From the IMG/VR virus record IMGVR_UViG_3300007775_000010, positions 1 through 60,816 of that record: a DNA stretch of 60,816 nt; one strand, 5' to 3'. Positions 8,516-17,870 of this stretch are shown one piece after another. This stretch comes from a virus. Lineage: Duplodnaviria > Caudoviricetes. The number at the start of each line of letters is the position of its first letter. The first letter of the stretch is position 1. The notes under the pieces were generated by a model. It searched no databases, was not told the origin of the DNA, and saw nothing but the letters and a program-made list of their open reading frames with translations. The position numbers and the translations under genes are program-made.

Positions 8516-9072
8516 GCTTCCGTCTCCTCGTTGGTGGTCGCGTATGCCATGGCCGCGTCAGCCTCGACCTGGGCGTCGAGGAGCTTCTCAATCGAGTAGT
8601 AGGCGAAGGCCGCCTCGCGTGCGCGCGTGCGGATCGCGAAGATGCCCGGCCCGACGACGGCGCCGCCGCGGCCCTGGTTGCCGTCGATGGTCTCGATTTC
8701 GTGCGGATCGAGCCCGGCTCCAGTCACGCGGCGCACGAGTGCGTGGTGCCAATTGCGCTCGTAGATCACCACGTCGCCAGGGCGAGGCGAGAGCGTCCGT
8801 GGCAGGTGCTGCTCGGCGAACCCGAAGCCGACGCGCCAGTTGATGCCACAGGACGAGAGCACTGTGCGCAGCGTCGAAAGCGCGAACGCGCCGCACCAGT
8901 GCTTTGGGAACGGAGGCCCCCCCACGCCGATCGAGCGCCACATGTCGGCCACGTCGGGATCGGGTAGCAGTGAACGCCGGAGCGCCTCGGCGAGAACGCG
9001 CTCTCGGTAGGCGTCCTTGGCGTCGAACACGCCGCCTATCCCTGGCTCCTCGGAGAAATTGTCGGTCGTCAT
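8512..9072 (-). CDS. CHAP/NlpC-P60-type endolysin
   Basis: HWCGAF catalytic Cys, PRPGDVVIY, HHALV His, TIDGN. Confidence 0.8.
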   Translation of the reverse strand: MTTDNFSEEPGIGGVFDAKDAYRERVLAEALRRSLLPDPDVADMWRSIGVGGPPFPKHWCGAFALSTLRTVLSSCGINWRVGFGFAEQHLPRTLSPRPGDVVIYERNWHHALVRRVTGAGLDPHEIETIDGNQGRGGAVVGPGIFAIRTRAREAAFAYYSIEKLLDAQVEADAAMAYATTNEETEA

Positions 9073-9219
9073 CAGTGCCCCGTTCCGCGGCTGTAGAACC
9101 TCAAGAAGAGATACAAGAGGGCCCCGCCAGCCACCTGGCGAGCGCCTCGAGCCGTCCTGCGAGCCACTCGCAGAACAGTCCCCAGAGAAATTCGATGGCG
9201 TCGCGTTTCGTCCACTGGC

Positions 9220-10197
9220 TCACTGCGTGCAGCTCTCAATCCACTCTAGGATCGGCCCCGGGATGTAGGTATAGACGCCCGGCCATCCCTCGCGATCGCA
9301 TCCCCGCCCGAACGATGTGATCCCGATCTGCTCCCAGCGCGGAGGAAGCGTGATGCCGTTCCACGCGAGCAGCGGGCCCCCGCTATCACCTTGGCACGAG
9401 TCCCCTGTGCCTTGCCCTCCGGCGCACACCATGCGCGGAGTGAACTCCGGGTAGCGCCCCTGGCATTGCACGTCGGTCCAGGTCATGGGCACGTTGACGA
9501 ACAGCAGGTGCTGCGTTGTCTGCCCTCCCTCGGAAGTGCGGCCCCACCCGGCTACCGTCGCGTCGTTGGTCTGTTTTCCTGTGGCGAGCCGCACGGTCGG
9601 CACACCAGCATCGGACGAGAGCCGAACGACGCTTACGTCCCAGTCGTGCGGCGTCACGTCGTACAGCGGATGGATTCGCGTCTCGATGGTCCGGACCGCT
9701 CGGGCGTCTCCGAGGTAGGTGGATCCGACGAGCACGTAGTCGCCCGGGTCGACCAGGCAATGTGCAGCCGTGAGGACCCATCGATCTTTGTAGACGGATC
9801 CCGTGCAGTACTGCTGCCGCAACGGAGTAGTCAGCGCTGCGGCGAACGGGAATGATCGCTCACCCGTCTGCGGAGCCGGCGTGCCCTGGACGATCCGAGT
9901 CTTGCGCTTGCCGGACCCGCGATCCTTCGGAGTCACGAACTGGCACGGTTTGATCGGATGCGCGTCCGCGCTTGCCTCCGGGGCTGGCTCGTTGCCCGAG
10001 TCCTCGGTCGCAGTCGGAGCGGGGCCGATCGGTGGCGGAGCTTCCGGCGGCTGGAACTGCGAGCAGCACGGGCCGACCATCGCCACGATCGTGGCAATGA
10101 GCGCGCTCAGAGAGATGGACATCACGACCTTTCCGCCACGAGAGAGCGACAGCACGGTCGGCGGTTTCCCTGGAGGGGTTCCGTTGGTGACCATCAT
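9220..10197 (-). CDS. exported or membrane-anchored trypsin-like serine protease (family S1A)
   Basis: Hydrophobic N-terminal segment; R|IVQG activation site; WVLTAAHC, DWDVSVVRL, DSCQGDSGGPL triad motifs; GITSFGRGC, PGVYT. Confidence 0.93.
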   Translation of the reverse strand: MMVTNGTPPGKPPTVLSLSRGGKVVMSISLSALIATIVAMVGPCCSQFQPPEAPPPIGPAPTATEDSGNEPAPEASADAHPIKPCQFVTPKDRGSGKRKTRIVQGTPAPQTGERSFPFAAALTTPLRQQYCTGSVYKDRWVLTAAHCLVDPGDYVLVGSTYLGDARAVRTIETRIHPLYDVTPHDWDVSVVRLSSDAGVPTVRLATGKQTNDATVAGWGRTSEGGQTTQHLLFVNVPMTWTDVQCQGRYPEFTPRMVCAGGQGTGDSCQGDSGGPLLAWNGITLPPRWEQIGITSFGRGCDREGWPGVYTYIPGPILEWIESCTQ

Positions 10198-10703
10198 TCC
10201 CCACTCGATGCGCGCGCGTCGCGCTCGATGGCGCGCTCCTCACCCTTCAGCAAAGCGTCGACGATCGGCTTCACCCACGGACGGATCTGCTCGAAACTGT
10301 TACAGAAAGCGGTCTGCGCCTGCGCGATGTCGATCTTCTTCTTCTCCGCGTAGGATCGTGCGCACGCCTGCTGTGCGAGAAACTCGGCGGTGTCTCCTGG
10401 GTTTTGCAGCGCGGTTTGCACGGCTGGGTTTTGCGCAAGCGCGGAGCCGCAACCGGTGGTGGACAGCGCCAACCCGACCGAGATCATCGCGAGTAGCGCA
10501 GTCGGCGATACGCCGCTGCGGACCAGCTCTCCGGTCGCGACGAACACCGCAACCTCGATACCCACACGTGTTAACTCGGTGATGGCGTCAACCTGACCAT
10601 CGGTCAACGCGACGTCGAAGACGCGCAGCAGCGCAATGACAGCGGAAACCAACGAGAGGAACAGAACGGCGAAACGGACGGGCTCTTTTCGGATCCAGGA
10701 CAT
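10194..10703 (-). CDS. holin-like membrane protein fused to an internal lipoprotein signal and domain
   Basis: KEPV...two hydrophobic helices...VRSGVSP, then LLAMISVGLALSTTG-C85; first gene of the lysis operon. Confidence 0.6.
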   Translation of the reverse strand: MSWIRKEPVRFAVLFLSLVSAVIALLRVFDVALTDGQVDAITELTRVGIEVAVFVATGELVRSGVSPTALLAMISVGLALSTTGCGSALAQNPAVQTALQNPGDTAEFLAQQACARSYAEKKKIDIAQAQTAFCNSFEQIRPWVKPIVDALLKGEERAIERDARASSGE

Positions 10704-10710
10704 GCCGGCG

Positions 10711-10740
10711 AGGCTACGGATCCTCGGTTGCCTCGGCGAA
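10711..10740 (-). promoter_or_regulatory. putative leaderless late promoter of the lysis operon
   Basis: TTCGC-N19-TAGCCT-cgccggc-ATG. Confidence 0.65.
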
Positions 10741-10751
10741 AAGCCGGCCCG

Positions 10752-11063
10752 TCAGAGGTCGGGGGTCGGCTGCACGATCCCCTTGTCGGCCGTGCTCTTC
10801 TGTCCACTCTGCTCGACGAGCTCCAGCTCGTATTGCAGCGGCGTGGTGATGATCGCTGTATCCGCCTGAGGCAAGGTCAGCAACGCGTGCGCCGCGTCCA
10901 CGACGGTGATCCCGTTGCCGATGTCGCGGTTCAGCACCTCGACTCCGTTGTCGAGGCGCTTCGCTCGCCACACGAGTGACTGCGCCACGGTCAGGTCTAC
11001 CGGAGGCGTGCGCGAGGCGAACGCGAGATCGAAATAGCAGTCGTCTCCCTGGTCCACGCGCAT
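10752..11063 (-). CDS. BppU N-terminal-like virion Ig-fold protein
   Basis: QGDD..F.L....PVDLT...ITVVDA...L.L...DT...YELEL pattern. Confidence 0.6.
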   Translation of the reverse strand: MRVDQGDDCYFDLAFASRTPPVDLTVAQSLVWRAKRLDNGVEVLNRDIGNGITVVDAAHALLTLPQADTAIITTPLQYELELVEQSGQKSTADKGIVQPTPDL

Positions 11064-11066
11064 CGC

Positions 11067-12971
11067 TCAATGCCTCCTGGTGATGGTGGCCCGCGCTCCC
11101 GGTCGACGCGAAATGATCGCGGTCGCGCCGGGCCTACGGGTGATGATGGCCCTCGCAGCGACGGGCAGGATTACCGCTCCGATGGTGCTCCCAGCCGTGG
11201 GCTCCGGCGTTATTGGGCCGGGCACGAGGGCGAGAATGCTCTCGGCTGTCGGAGCAACCACGAGGGACTGCAGCGCCAGAGCGAGCACCGATGGCGCCGT
11301 GGGCTCGGGAATGAGCGGCGAAAACTCCAGCCCGAGCGCTTCGACCGTCGAGGGAGCTGTCGGATCGCCGGTGAGTGGACCCGGCACCAGGGCGAGCGCG
11401 GCCTCTGCCACCTCGTCTGCTGCGCAGGGACCGGTCACCATCGAGACCACGCCCGGCGCCGTAGGCTCTGGCGCCAGCGCGTCGAATTGGATCTCGGGCC
11501 CGACCACTGTCGACGGAGCAGTAGGTTCGGGTGTGAGAGCACCCGGCACGAGGGCGACGATGCTCTCGGTGGTCTCCTCGGGCACGAGCGCTCCCGGAGC
11601 CACACCGAGCACCGACGCCGCCACCTCGTCTGCGGCGAACGCCTGAGGCTTGAGCGGCAATAGCGAGGCTGCCACAGGATCGGCCGCAACTGGGCCGCAG
11701 ACGGCCGACAGGACGCTCGGGGCCGTCGGATCGCCCGTCAGCCCGCCGAACGTGAGCGAGCCGCTCTCGATGGTGGACGGGGCGGTTTCTTCGGGGGTGA
11801 GCGGTCCGGGCACGAGGCTCACGGCAGACTCGAGGGTTCCATCGGGCGAGAGCGGCCCGGGCACCGCGTGGGCAACGGCTGGCGCAATGGTCTCGGCGAG
11901 CAGTGGCCCGAGCGCAGCGGCAACAGTCGACGGAGCGGTTGCCTCCGCCGTAGTCGGGCCCGGTACCGCGGCAATGGTCGACGGCGCGGTGCTCTCCGGA
12001 GTGAGCGGATCGAACGTCAGGCCCGAGACGATCGACGACGGCGCGGTCGGTTCCGGCGTGAGCGGACCCGCCACGAGCGCCGCCACAGACGGCCCGGTAG
12101 CCTCGGGGACGAGCGACCCCGGTACCGCCGACATGACGCTCGGTGCAGTGGCTTCCGGTGTGAGCGCCCCGAGATTGATCGCAGGGACGATCGAAGACGG
12201 CGCCGTGGCCTCAGGGGTGAGGGGACCGGGTACGAGGGCGACCGCGCTTTCGGCGGTTGGATCCTCGGCCAGCGCACCCGGAACGGCGTAGACAACGGAG
12301 GGAGCGGTCGCCTCAGGGGTGAGCGCGTCGAAGACCAGATCGGCCACACCGCTCGCGGCATCGATCGACGCGCGCCATGTCGACCAGTACCAGTTACCGC
12401 ACGATCCGGTGGTCGAGGAGAGAGTGCCCGTGTCCTGGTCCAGATCGCGCAAGTGCGTGTTGGCGTTCGAATGCGTGAAGTTGATCGATTCACGCAACGT
12501 CGACGAGTCGCCCGGCGCACCGAGGGTATCATCGCCCACGATGAACTCGACGACCTTCGATCCGTCCGCCGCTACGTCGATGGCCTGCAGGGTGTATGTG
12601 GTTCCGAGGCCGTTGTTCTTGTCCCAGTCGCCGAGCGCTCCTGAGTCGTATGCGACGACGACCAGGGTGTCGATGAACGAGTTGACGAACGTGAAGTCCA
12701 GGTTCGATGGCGCGCTAGCGGCCGAGGCATAGACGGCGGCGAACACGTGGTACCCTCGGCCCCCGCTCCCACCCGGGCCGTCCTGCTGGTCTGTGACCAA
12801 CGACCAGTTGCCATCCGGTAGGGTGACGTTCCCTTGATTGTCCGTGAACGTATCCGCATGGAATAGGTGCGCGAAGATGGGCCCATCATCCGAAAGCGTC
12901 GGCGTCGGGATCGTCAGGCTCGCATCGAATATCGAATAGAGCTGGTTCGAGTCGTTGTACGCGACGGCCAC
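11067..12971 (-). CDS. minor tail/fibre protein with many degenerate ~21-aa PGPLTPExTAPS repeats
   Basis: Repeat-rich C-terminal two-thirds; located in the tail fibre module. Confidence 0.65.
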   Translation of the reverse strand: MAVAYNDSNQLYSIFDASLTIPTPTLSDDGPIFAHLFHADTFTDNQGNVTLPDGNWSLVTDQQDGPGGSGGRGYHVFAAVYASAASAPSNLDFTFVNSFIDTLVVVAYDSGALGDWDKNNGLGTTYTLQAIDVAADGSKVVEFIVGDDTLGAPGDSSTLRESINFTHSNANTHLRDLDQDTGTLSSTTGSCGNWYWSTWRASIDAASGVADLVFDALTPEATAPSVVYAVPGALAEDPTAESAVALVPGPLTPEATAPSSIVPAINLGALTPEATAPSVMSAVPGSLVPEATGPSVAALVAGPLTPEPTAPSSIVSGLTFDPLTPESTAPSTIAAVPGPTTAEATAPSTVAAALGPLLAETIAPAVAHAVPGPLSPDGTLESAVSLVPGPLTPEETAPSTIESGSLTFGGLTGDPTAPSVLSAVCGPVAADPVAASLLPLKPQAFAADEVAASVLGVAPGALVPEETTESIVALVPGALTPEPTAPSTVVGPEIQFDALAPEPTAPGVVSMVTGPCAADEVAEAALALVPGPLTGDPTAPSTVEALGLEFSPLIPEPTAPSVLALALQSLVVAPTAESILALVPGPITPEPTAGSTIGAVILPVAARAIITRRPGATAIISRRPGARATITRRH

Positions 12972-12983
12972 TGAAGGAACCCC

Positions 12984-13451
12984 TCAGATCACGTCCTGGA
13001 TAACGAGCTTTCCGTTGCCGTCGACGGAAACAAGCGCGTCTCTGCTCTGGATTGTTCCGTTGACGTCCGAGTATACAACCGCATTGAACACACCCGGCGC
13101 AACCATGCCGCGCATCAGCAGCCCGGTCGTTGTCGTGTTCGGATCTTCGATCTCCGCCAGCTGGGCTGCACGCATTTTTGCCGCCGCATCCGGAGCGCGC
13201 ATCTGCCCGGTGAAGAGCGGATAGAGCTCCGTATGGCGTGCGTCGGGGCCGGCGTTCTCTTGTGGCGTGCCCTCTCGATCGACGTAAAAGAAGATGACTT
13301 TCCGATTCCACATCGGCGGATTGTCTACCGCTAGGACGGTGACCTCGTAGCAATGCGATGCGCCGACATCGGCTTCAGTCTTGCGCCGTGGAGTGGTGCT
13401 CACGGATGCGTAGAACGCGCCGAGCTGGGCGAGCAGCTCCGCCTTGGTCAC
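12984..13451 (-). CDS. hypothetical virion-region protein
   Basis: GTGA coupling to the upstream gene (MTKAELLAQL...). Confidence 0.65.
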   Translation of the reverse strand: MTKAELLAQLGAFYASVSTTPRRKTEADVGASHCYEVTVLAVDNPPMWNRKVIFFYVDREGTPQENAGPDARHTELYPLFTGQMRAPDAAAKMRAAQLAEIEDPNTTTTGLLMRGMVAPGVFNAVVYSDVNGTIQSRDALVSVDGNGKLVIQDVI

Positions 13452-14302
13452 GCCGCCGAGGCTCCGAGCTTCAAGATCCCGTCGGCGCCCCATGTGACCG
13501 GCTGGTCTTCGCCGTTGGGCGTGACCGGTAGTCCCTGGGCATTCCTCAGCAGCCCGACCAAGCGACTCGACGCCTCGGCCACGCCGTCATCGATGTAGAT
13601 CAGCAGCCCCTCGGACTGATCGCCCGCAAACGCCGGAAACGTGATGCCACCATCGGAGCTATCGAATACACCGTTCGCGAACGTCTTGTTTCCGATGAGC
13701 TGCGGAGTGCCCACCCGGGCGCCGGCTGGCACGTCGTCGAGGAAGTCGTGCGCCGCGCTGTAGGTGTAGTCATCCATGTCCACAGCGACACAGTAGACGT
13801 TCTCGGTGACCAGGTCAGAGTCCGCGGGGCGCTCGAAGATGGCCTGAGCGAAGAGCGGATACCAAATCGCATTCGCCGGACTGGCCACGTAGGTTGTCGC
13901 GCACAAAGGCACCGGCGTCCAGACGATGGGCTGGTCGGGGCCGGAGCCCGTGAGCGGGAACACGCTAGCATTGCCCAGATGCAGCAGAAGACGGCTCGTG
14001 GACGGGCTGCCCGTGTCGATGTACACGACCGCCTGTGTCGCGGTGTTGGTATCGAGGTCGGCGCCGTCGTAGTCAGGCACGACCGCATCGAAGATGCCCC
14101 CCGTGAAGTCCTTCGAGCCCAGCACCGGGTGGTTCGCTTGGGAGCCGATCGCTCCGCTGAGGTCAGAATAGAACTGGTCCGCCGCGTTGTAAGCGTACGC
14201 GCTCGTTAGGAGCACCAGCTTGACGGTCCCAGCGACGAGGTCCGAGTTGGCGTCACGGGCGAGGATCGACTGCAGACCGAGCGGGTACCAGCGGGAGGCC
14301 AT
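13448..14302 (-). CDS. virion structural protein made of two tandem ~140-aa homologous domains
   Basis: WYPL...SDLV...G(I/V)FD...YID.G...SRL...P(L/V)T...DQP.W occurs twice. Confidence 0.75.
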   Translation of the reverse strand: MASRWYPLGLQSILARDANSDLVAGTVKLVLLTSAYAYNAADQFYSDLSGAIGSQANHPVLGSKDFTGGIFDAVVPDYDGADLDTNTATQAVVYIDTGSPSTSRLLLHLGNASVFPLTGSGPDQPIVWTPVPLCATTYVASPANAIWYPLFAQAIFERPADSDLVTENVYCVAVDMDDYTYSAAHDFLDDVPAGARVGTPQLIGNKTFANGVFDSSDGGITFPAFAGDQSEGLLIYIDDGVAEASSRLVGLLRNAQGLPVTPNGEDQPVTWGADGILKLGASAA

Positions 14303-14308
14303 GCGGCG

Positions 14309-14338
14309 ACGCTATGGCTCCCGCCGGAGCTCGGCGAA
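14309..14338 (-). promoter_or_regulatory. putative leaderless late promoter
   Basis: TTCGC-N19-TAGCGT-cgccgc-ATG. Confidence 0.65.
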
Positions 14339-14346
14339 AAAGGGGA

Positions 14347-14583
14347 CTACTCGGCGAGCGCCCGGAGGTCGTCGAACAGGGCCTCGAGAGCGTCCTGTTT
14401 CTCCTTGGGCAGCTGATCGACGTAGGCGGAAAGTGACGAGTCTCCGAGTCGTTCGGTGAACTGCAGGCGGTCGGGCTGCTTCTCGAGAAGCTCCTTCTCT
14501 ATCGTCCGTTTGGCGTTCTTCGGATCCGGAAGCTTGACCTTGACGGGCTTGTCCGGTTGCACGCGCATCTTGAACTGAATCAT
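14347..14583 (-). CDS. hypothetical protein (78 aa), possible fibre chaperone
   Basis: ATGA coupling, GAGGAG RBS. Confidence 0.6.
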   Translation of the reverse strand: MIQFKMRVQPDKPVKVKLPDPKNAKRTIEKELLEKQPDRLQFTERLGDSSLSAYVDQLPKEKQDALEALFDDLRALAE

Positions 14584-15053
14584 CGCTTCGATCTCCTCGT
14601 GGGACGCTTCGACTTGCGCGACGCGCGCGCCTTTGGTTTCGGAGCCTCCTCGGGCGAGTAGTCCGCGGGGCGCTCCGTGGCCGGCTCGTCGATTGCTGAG
14701 ACGTACGGCTCGAGAAGCCGCCCGTAGGGCTGCTCTCCGACCTTCTTTTTCTTCTCGACGTCGATGAGATCCATCGACGGGTATCCGCAAGTGGGTTCGT
14801 TTGCCGCTTCCTTCAGCATGGCGTGGTCGCCAGGGTGAAATCGCCACCAATCGCCGCCGCGGAGCAGCTCCTGCTCGATGCGATTGGCAGCCCGCCACCC
14901 GGCAGGGCTCTTCACGAATCGATCGTCGCGAGAGACCAGGTAGGCGACGAAAGCCTCGTGCGTGTAGAGCGGTACAGTCACCGGCTTGCCGTTTTCGCCC
15001 GGACGGCTCGTCATGATGGGTTGTTTGCGCTGGACGTAGAGGTACTCGCTCAT
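14580..15053 (-). CDS. hypothetical protein downstream of the tail fibre (possible chaperone)
   Basis: GAGGAAAG RBS; position in the module. Confidence 0.7.
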   Translation of the reverse strand: MSEYLYVQRKQPIMTSRPGENGKPVTVPLYTHEAFVAYLVSRDDRFVKSPAGWRAANRIEQELLRGGDWWRFHPGDHAMLKEAANEPTCGYPSMDLIDVEKKKKVGEQPYGRLLEPYVSAIDEPATERPADYSPEEAPKPKARASRKSKRPTRRSKR

Positions 15054-15065
15054 GGTGATCTTTCC

Positions 15066-17522
15066 TCAGCTCGCCGTGGTGCTGTTGTTGAACGGGCCCC
15101 AGGTGGCCAGCGCGCTCAGTAGATTCGCGAGCGCGCTCTCCGGATTGTCCCGCGCCCCGGTGATCGTCTGCTTCGCGACAGTGGATGCGCCGTACCAAGA
15201 CGACCCGGTATCGTCCCAGGCGAAGATCTCCGAGTTGTCGCCCGATATCAGGCGACCCTTGCCTCCCTGGGAGCTTCCGGATCCAGGACCGACGTCGATG
15301 GACCCGCCTGTGCTCGATGCCCCCGTGCAGTTTTGTGCCCTCAGCGTGAGCTTCTGCCCGGTGATCCCGCCACCTGCTGAGTTTGCTCCCTGGCCAACGA
15401 ACGGAGTGGACACAGACACGTCGAACCTGAGCGCCCCGACGCCCACGGTAACGTCGTTGCCGCCGTTGATAAACAGATACGGCACGCCGGACGGGTTTCC
15501 GATGTAGAAGTCCTCACCATCTGCCCCAATTCGGAACCACTCCGTTGAGTCCGTCTGGTCCCAGACGGACCATGAGGCCAACTGTTCAGCCCCGTTATTT
15601 TCGGTCGCTCGAACGATCGGACCTGTCAGATCGCCTGCACCTACCACCCGCAAACCGCCATGCCATGATAGCACCCCCGAATCCGAGTAAAGGTACCCTC
15701 CACCGGTCGGGTCGCCCGTCGGTGACGTCGTGACGTTGGCGATGAACATGCCGCCGTGCATGCCCTGCCAGTTCGGGGCGCTCTGCGTCGCGAGAGCGAT
15801 ATTGCCCCGGCCACCCGTGCCGCCGCCGAGACCGCCTCCGATGAGCACGTGCCCGCCGTCTCGCTCCGTAGCGGTACCTGTGTTGGCGTTTCCGCCAAAT
15901 AGGCGCAGATTTCCCCCGGTGACGAGCGTCCCGGACGCATTGACTCCTTGGGCGCGCATCGTCAGCGTGTCGCCCGTATCGTTTGCTGTGATGGAGTCGT
16001 CGTGTACGATGCTCGGGTTCGAAGTTCCGCGAAACCACTTGACCAGAGTCACGCCCGTCAACTGGAACTCTGCGGCCGATGTCACCCTGACGTCATTGCT
16101 CCCGACGATGAGTCGAGAGGACGTAGGATGCGATAGCGCAGCCAACGAACTGGTGACTTGCATTCCGGATGTGGCCGAGCCGGCTCGATACACGAATACG
16201 TCGCCAGTCTGAGCATTGACGGTCAGATCTCCCGTGGCTGCCTCGAGCAGCAGATCCGCGTCGCGCGTCAGGAACGTCGTGCCTCCGAACAGGAGCGCCG
16301 TGAGGCTCGAGTTGGCGGTGAAAACGTTGTTCCCTCCGAACCCGACGACGGTCTGCGACGAGGACGCGCGGAACACGTCCTGCGCGTTGTGCTGCACGAA
16401 GATCGTCCCAGCGGCTGGTACGCCGATCGTTGTGTTATTTCCAGCGGTGACGAAACGAGTGCTGCCCTGCCTTTGCAGCGTGAGCTCGCCCACGTGCGCG
16501 TTGAGCAAGAACCCGGTCGCGTCCATCTCGGCGAAGATGGTGCCGTCCCAGCTGAGGCGGTATTGGCTCGCGTCGTAACGGGAGGTCTCGTCCGCCCCAA
16601 AGAATTCTGAGTGATGCGTCGTTCCGGCGACGATCCAGTTGTCGTCGTTCGGGTCGCGCAGGATCGTGTTTGCAGCGGTGGCGACAAGGATGTCGATTCC
16701 CTGGCGCTGCGCGTGCAGGTCTCCCTGGAAGTCGACGACCTGGCCCGCGTCAACGTCCAGGTCTGCCGGACCCGTATTGTTGGCGATGGCCATCACCTGC
16801 GGCAGCCCTTGCGCCGCAATGGAGGAGTCGACGTAGGCCTTCGTCGCGGCGTGTGTGCCAAGTGTGGGCGTTCCCGAGAGCCCCGCGAGCACGCCAGCGG
16901 CGAATATCAGCCCGCTTCCCTTGCCGGCTTTTCCGCTCGTCCCGCTGAATGCGACCAGCTCGCCGTCTACCACCCCACCGGCAGGACCGAAGAAGTCGCC
17001 ACCTCCGCCGCCTCCGGGCGAATCCACGAGAGCGTTGAACGGCTCGGCCCACCCGTCGTCGCTGAACTGCGTCCGTTCGGTGGCGACGATCTTTCGCACG
17101 CCGCCGACATTGGGCACCGCGATCATCCGCTCGTGGATTAACGATGGGTCGTCGATGAGCTGGCCCTTGGGGCCGATCGACTTGCCGCCATTGAGCACGC
17201 AGCGCACGATGTACGAATGCGCCCCGGACGCAGGCGCAGCGCTGGTGACTTCTGACGCGGGCGTAGCGGCCTGCACCGATTGCCCCGTCGAGCCTGCACC
17301 GTTGTCGAGCGTGAGCTCTGGTGCGCCATCGGAGGCGCGTGGGGGGTTCTTGGCGAAGTCCGGTTGCGACGGGTCGAACCCTGCAGCCGAAAACACCTGG
17401 AACAGGACCTTGGAGATCCCCACGCTCGGAGAGCGCAGCTTGAAAGCGAGCGCCTCGGAGAGCGTCGCGACGTACCCCTGATCTGATCCGTCGGCGTTGA
17501 TGTCGAAGAGGGGTGAAGGCAC
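15066..17522 (-). CDS. tail fibre / receptor-binding protein (818 aa)
   Basis: Gly/Thr/Ser-rich beta-strand repeats, HAATKAYVD fibre motif, GGNLRLFGG-type motifs. Confidence 0.75.
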   Translation of the reverse strand: MPSPLFDINADGSDQGYVATLSEALAFKLRSPSVGISKVLFQVFSAAGFDPSQPDFAKNPPRASDGAPELTLDNGAGSTGQSVQAATPASEVTSAAPASGAHSYIVRCVLNGGKSIGPKGQLIDDPSLIHERMIAVPNVGGVRKIVATERTQFSDDGWAEPFNALVDSPGGGGGGDFFGPAGGVVDGELVAFSGTSGKAGKGSGLIFAAGVLAGLSGTPTLGTHAATKAYVDSSIAAQGLPQVMAIANNTGPADLDVDAGQVVDFQGDLHAQRQGIDILVATAANTILRDPNDDNWIVAGTTHHSEFFGADETSRYDASQYRLSWDGTIFAEMDATGFLLNAHVGELTLQRQGSTRFVTAGNNTTIGVPAAGTIFVQHNAQDVFRASSSQTVVGFGGNNVFTANSSLTALLFGGTTFLTRDADLLLEAATGDLTVNAQTGDVFVYRAGSATSGMQVTSSLAALSHPTSSRLIVGSNDVRVTSAAEFQLTGVTLVKWFRGTSNPSIVHDDSITANDTGDTLTMRAQGVNASGTLVTGGNLRLFGGNANTGTATERDGGHVLIGGGLGGGTGGRGNIALATQSAPNWQGMHGGMFIANVTTSPTGDPTGGGYLYSDSGVLSWHGGLRVVGAGDLTGPIVRATENNGAEQLASWSVWDQTDSTEWFRIGADGEDFYIGNPSGVPYLFINGGNDVTVGVGALRFDVSVSTPFVGQGANSAGGGITGQKLTLRAQNCTGASSTGGSIDVGPGSGSSQGGKGRLISGDNSEIFAWDDTGSSWYGASTVAKQTITGARDNPESALANLLSALATWGPFNNSTTAS

Positions 17523-17525
17523 GCG

Positions 17526-17870
17526 CTATTCCTGGATTCGGTCTCCGAGTACCTGCACGAGCAGGATCCCGACCCAGCGGTTGTGCCAGCACTCCCGCAG
17601 CGTGACCAAATGCTCGCCCCCTTCGCGTGGCCGAAACGTGAGCGTTTTGGGCACACGCCGGAAGATGCGTTCCTGGAAGTTTCCCTGCGTGGGGGCCGCG
17701 ACGGTCATCACGAGCGGGGGCACGACCCCCTGCGGCAGGGTGGCCGAGTAGTCCACGTTGATGAGGATCGAGTCGAAGGCCTTCGGGCTCTCGCTGGTAT
17801 CGTCCAGGGTGAGCCGGATCCGGTCCTCCCCCACGTAGCTCGGCTCGATGAGCTCGACGATGGCGGTCAC
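17526..17870 (-). CDS. Ig/PKD-like small virion protein
   Basis: FRPREGGEHLVTL; coupled to neighbours. Confidence 0.55.
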   Translation of the reverse strand: MTAIVELIEPSYVGEDRIRLTLDDTSESPKAFDSILINVDYSATLPQGVVPPLVMTVAAPTQGNFQERIFRRVPKTLTFRPREGGEHLVTLRECWHNRWVGILLVQVLGDRIQE

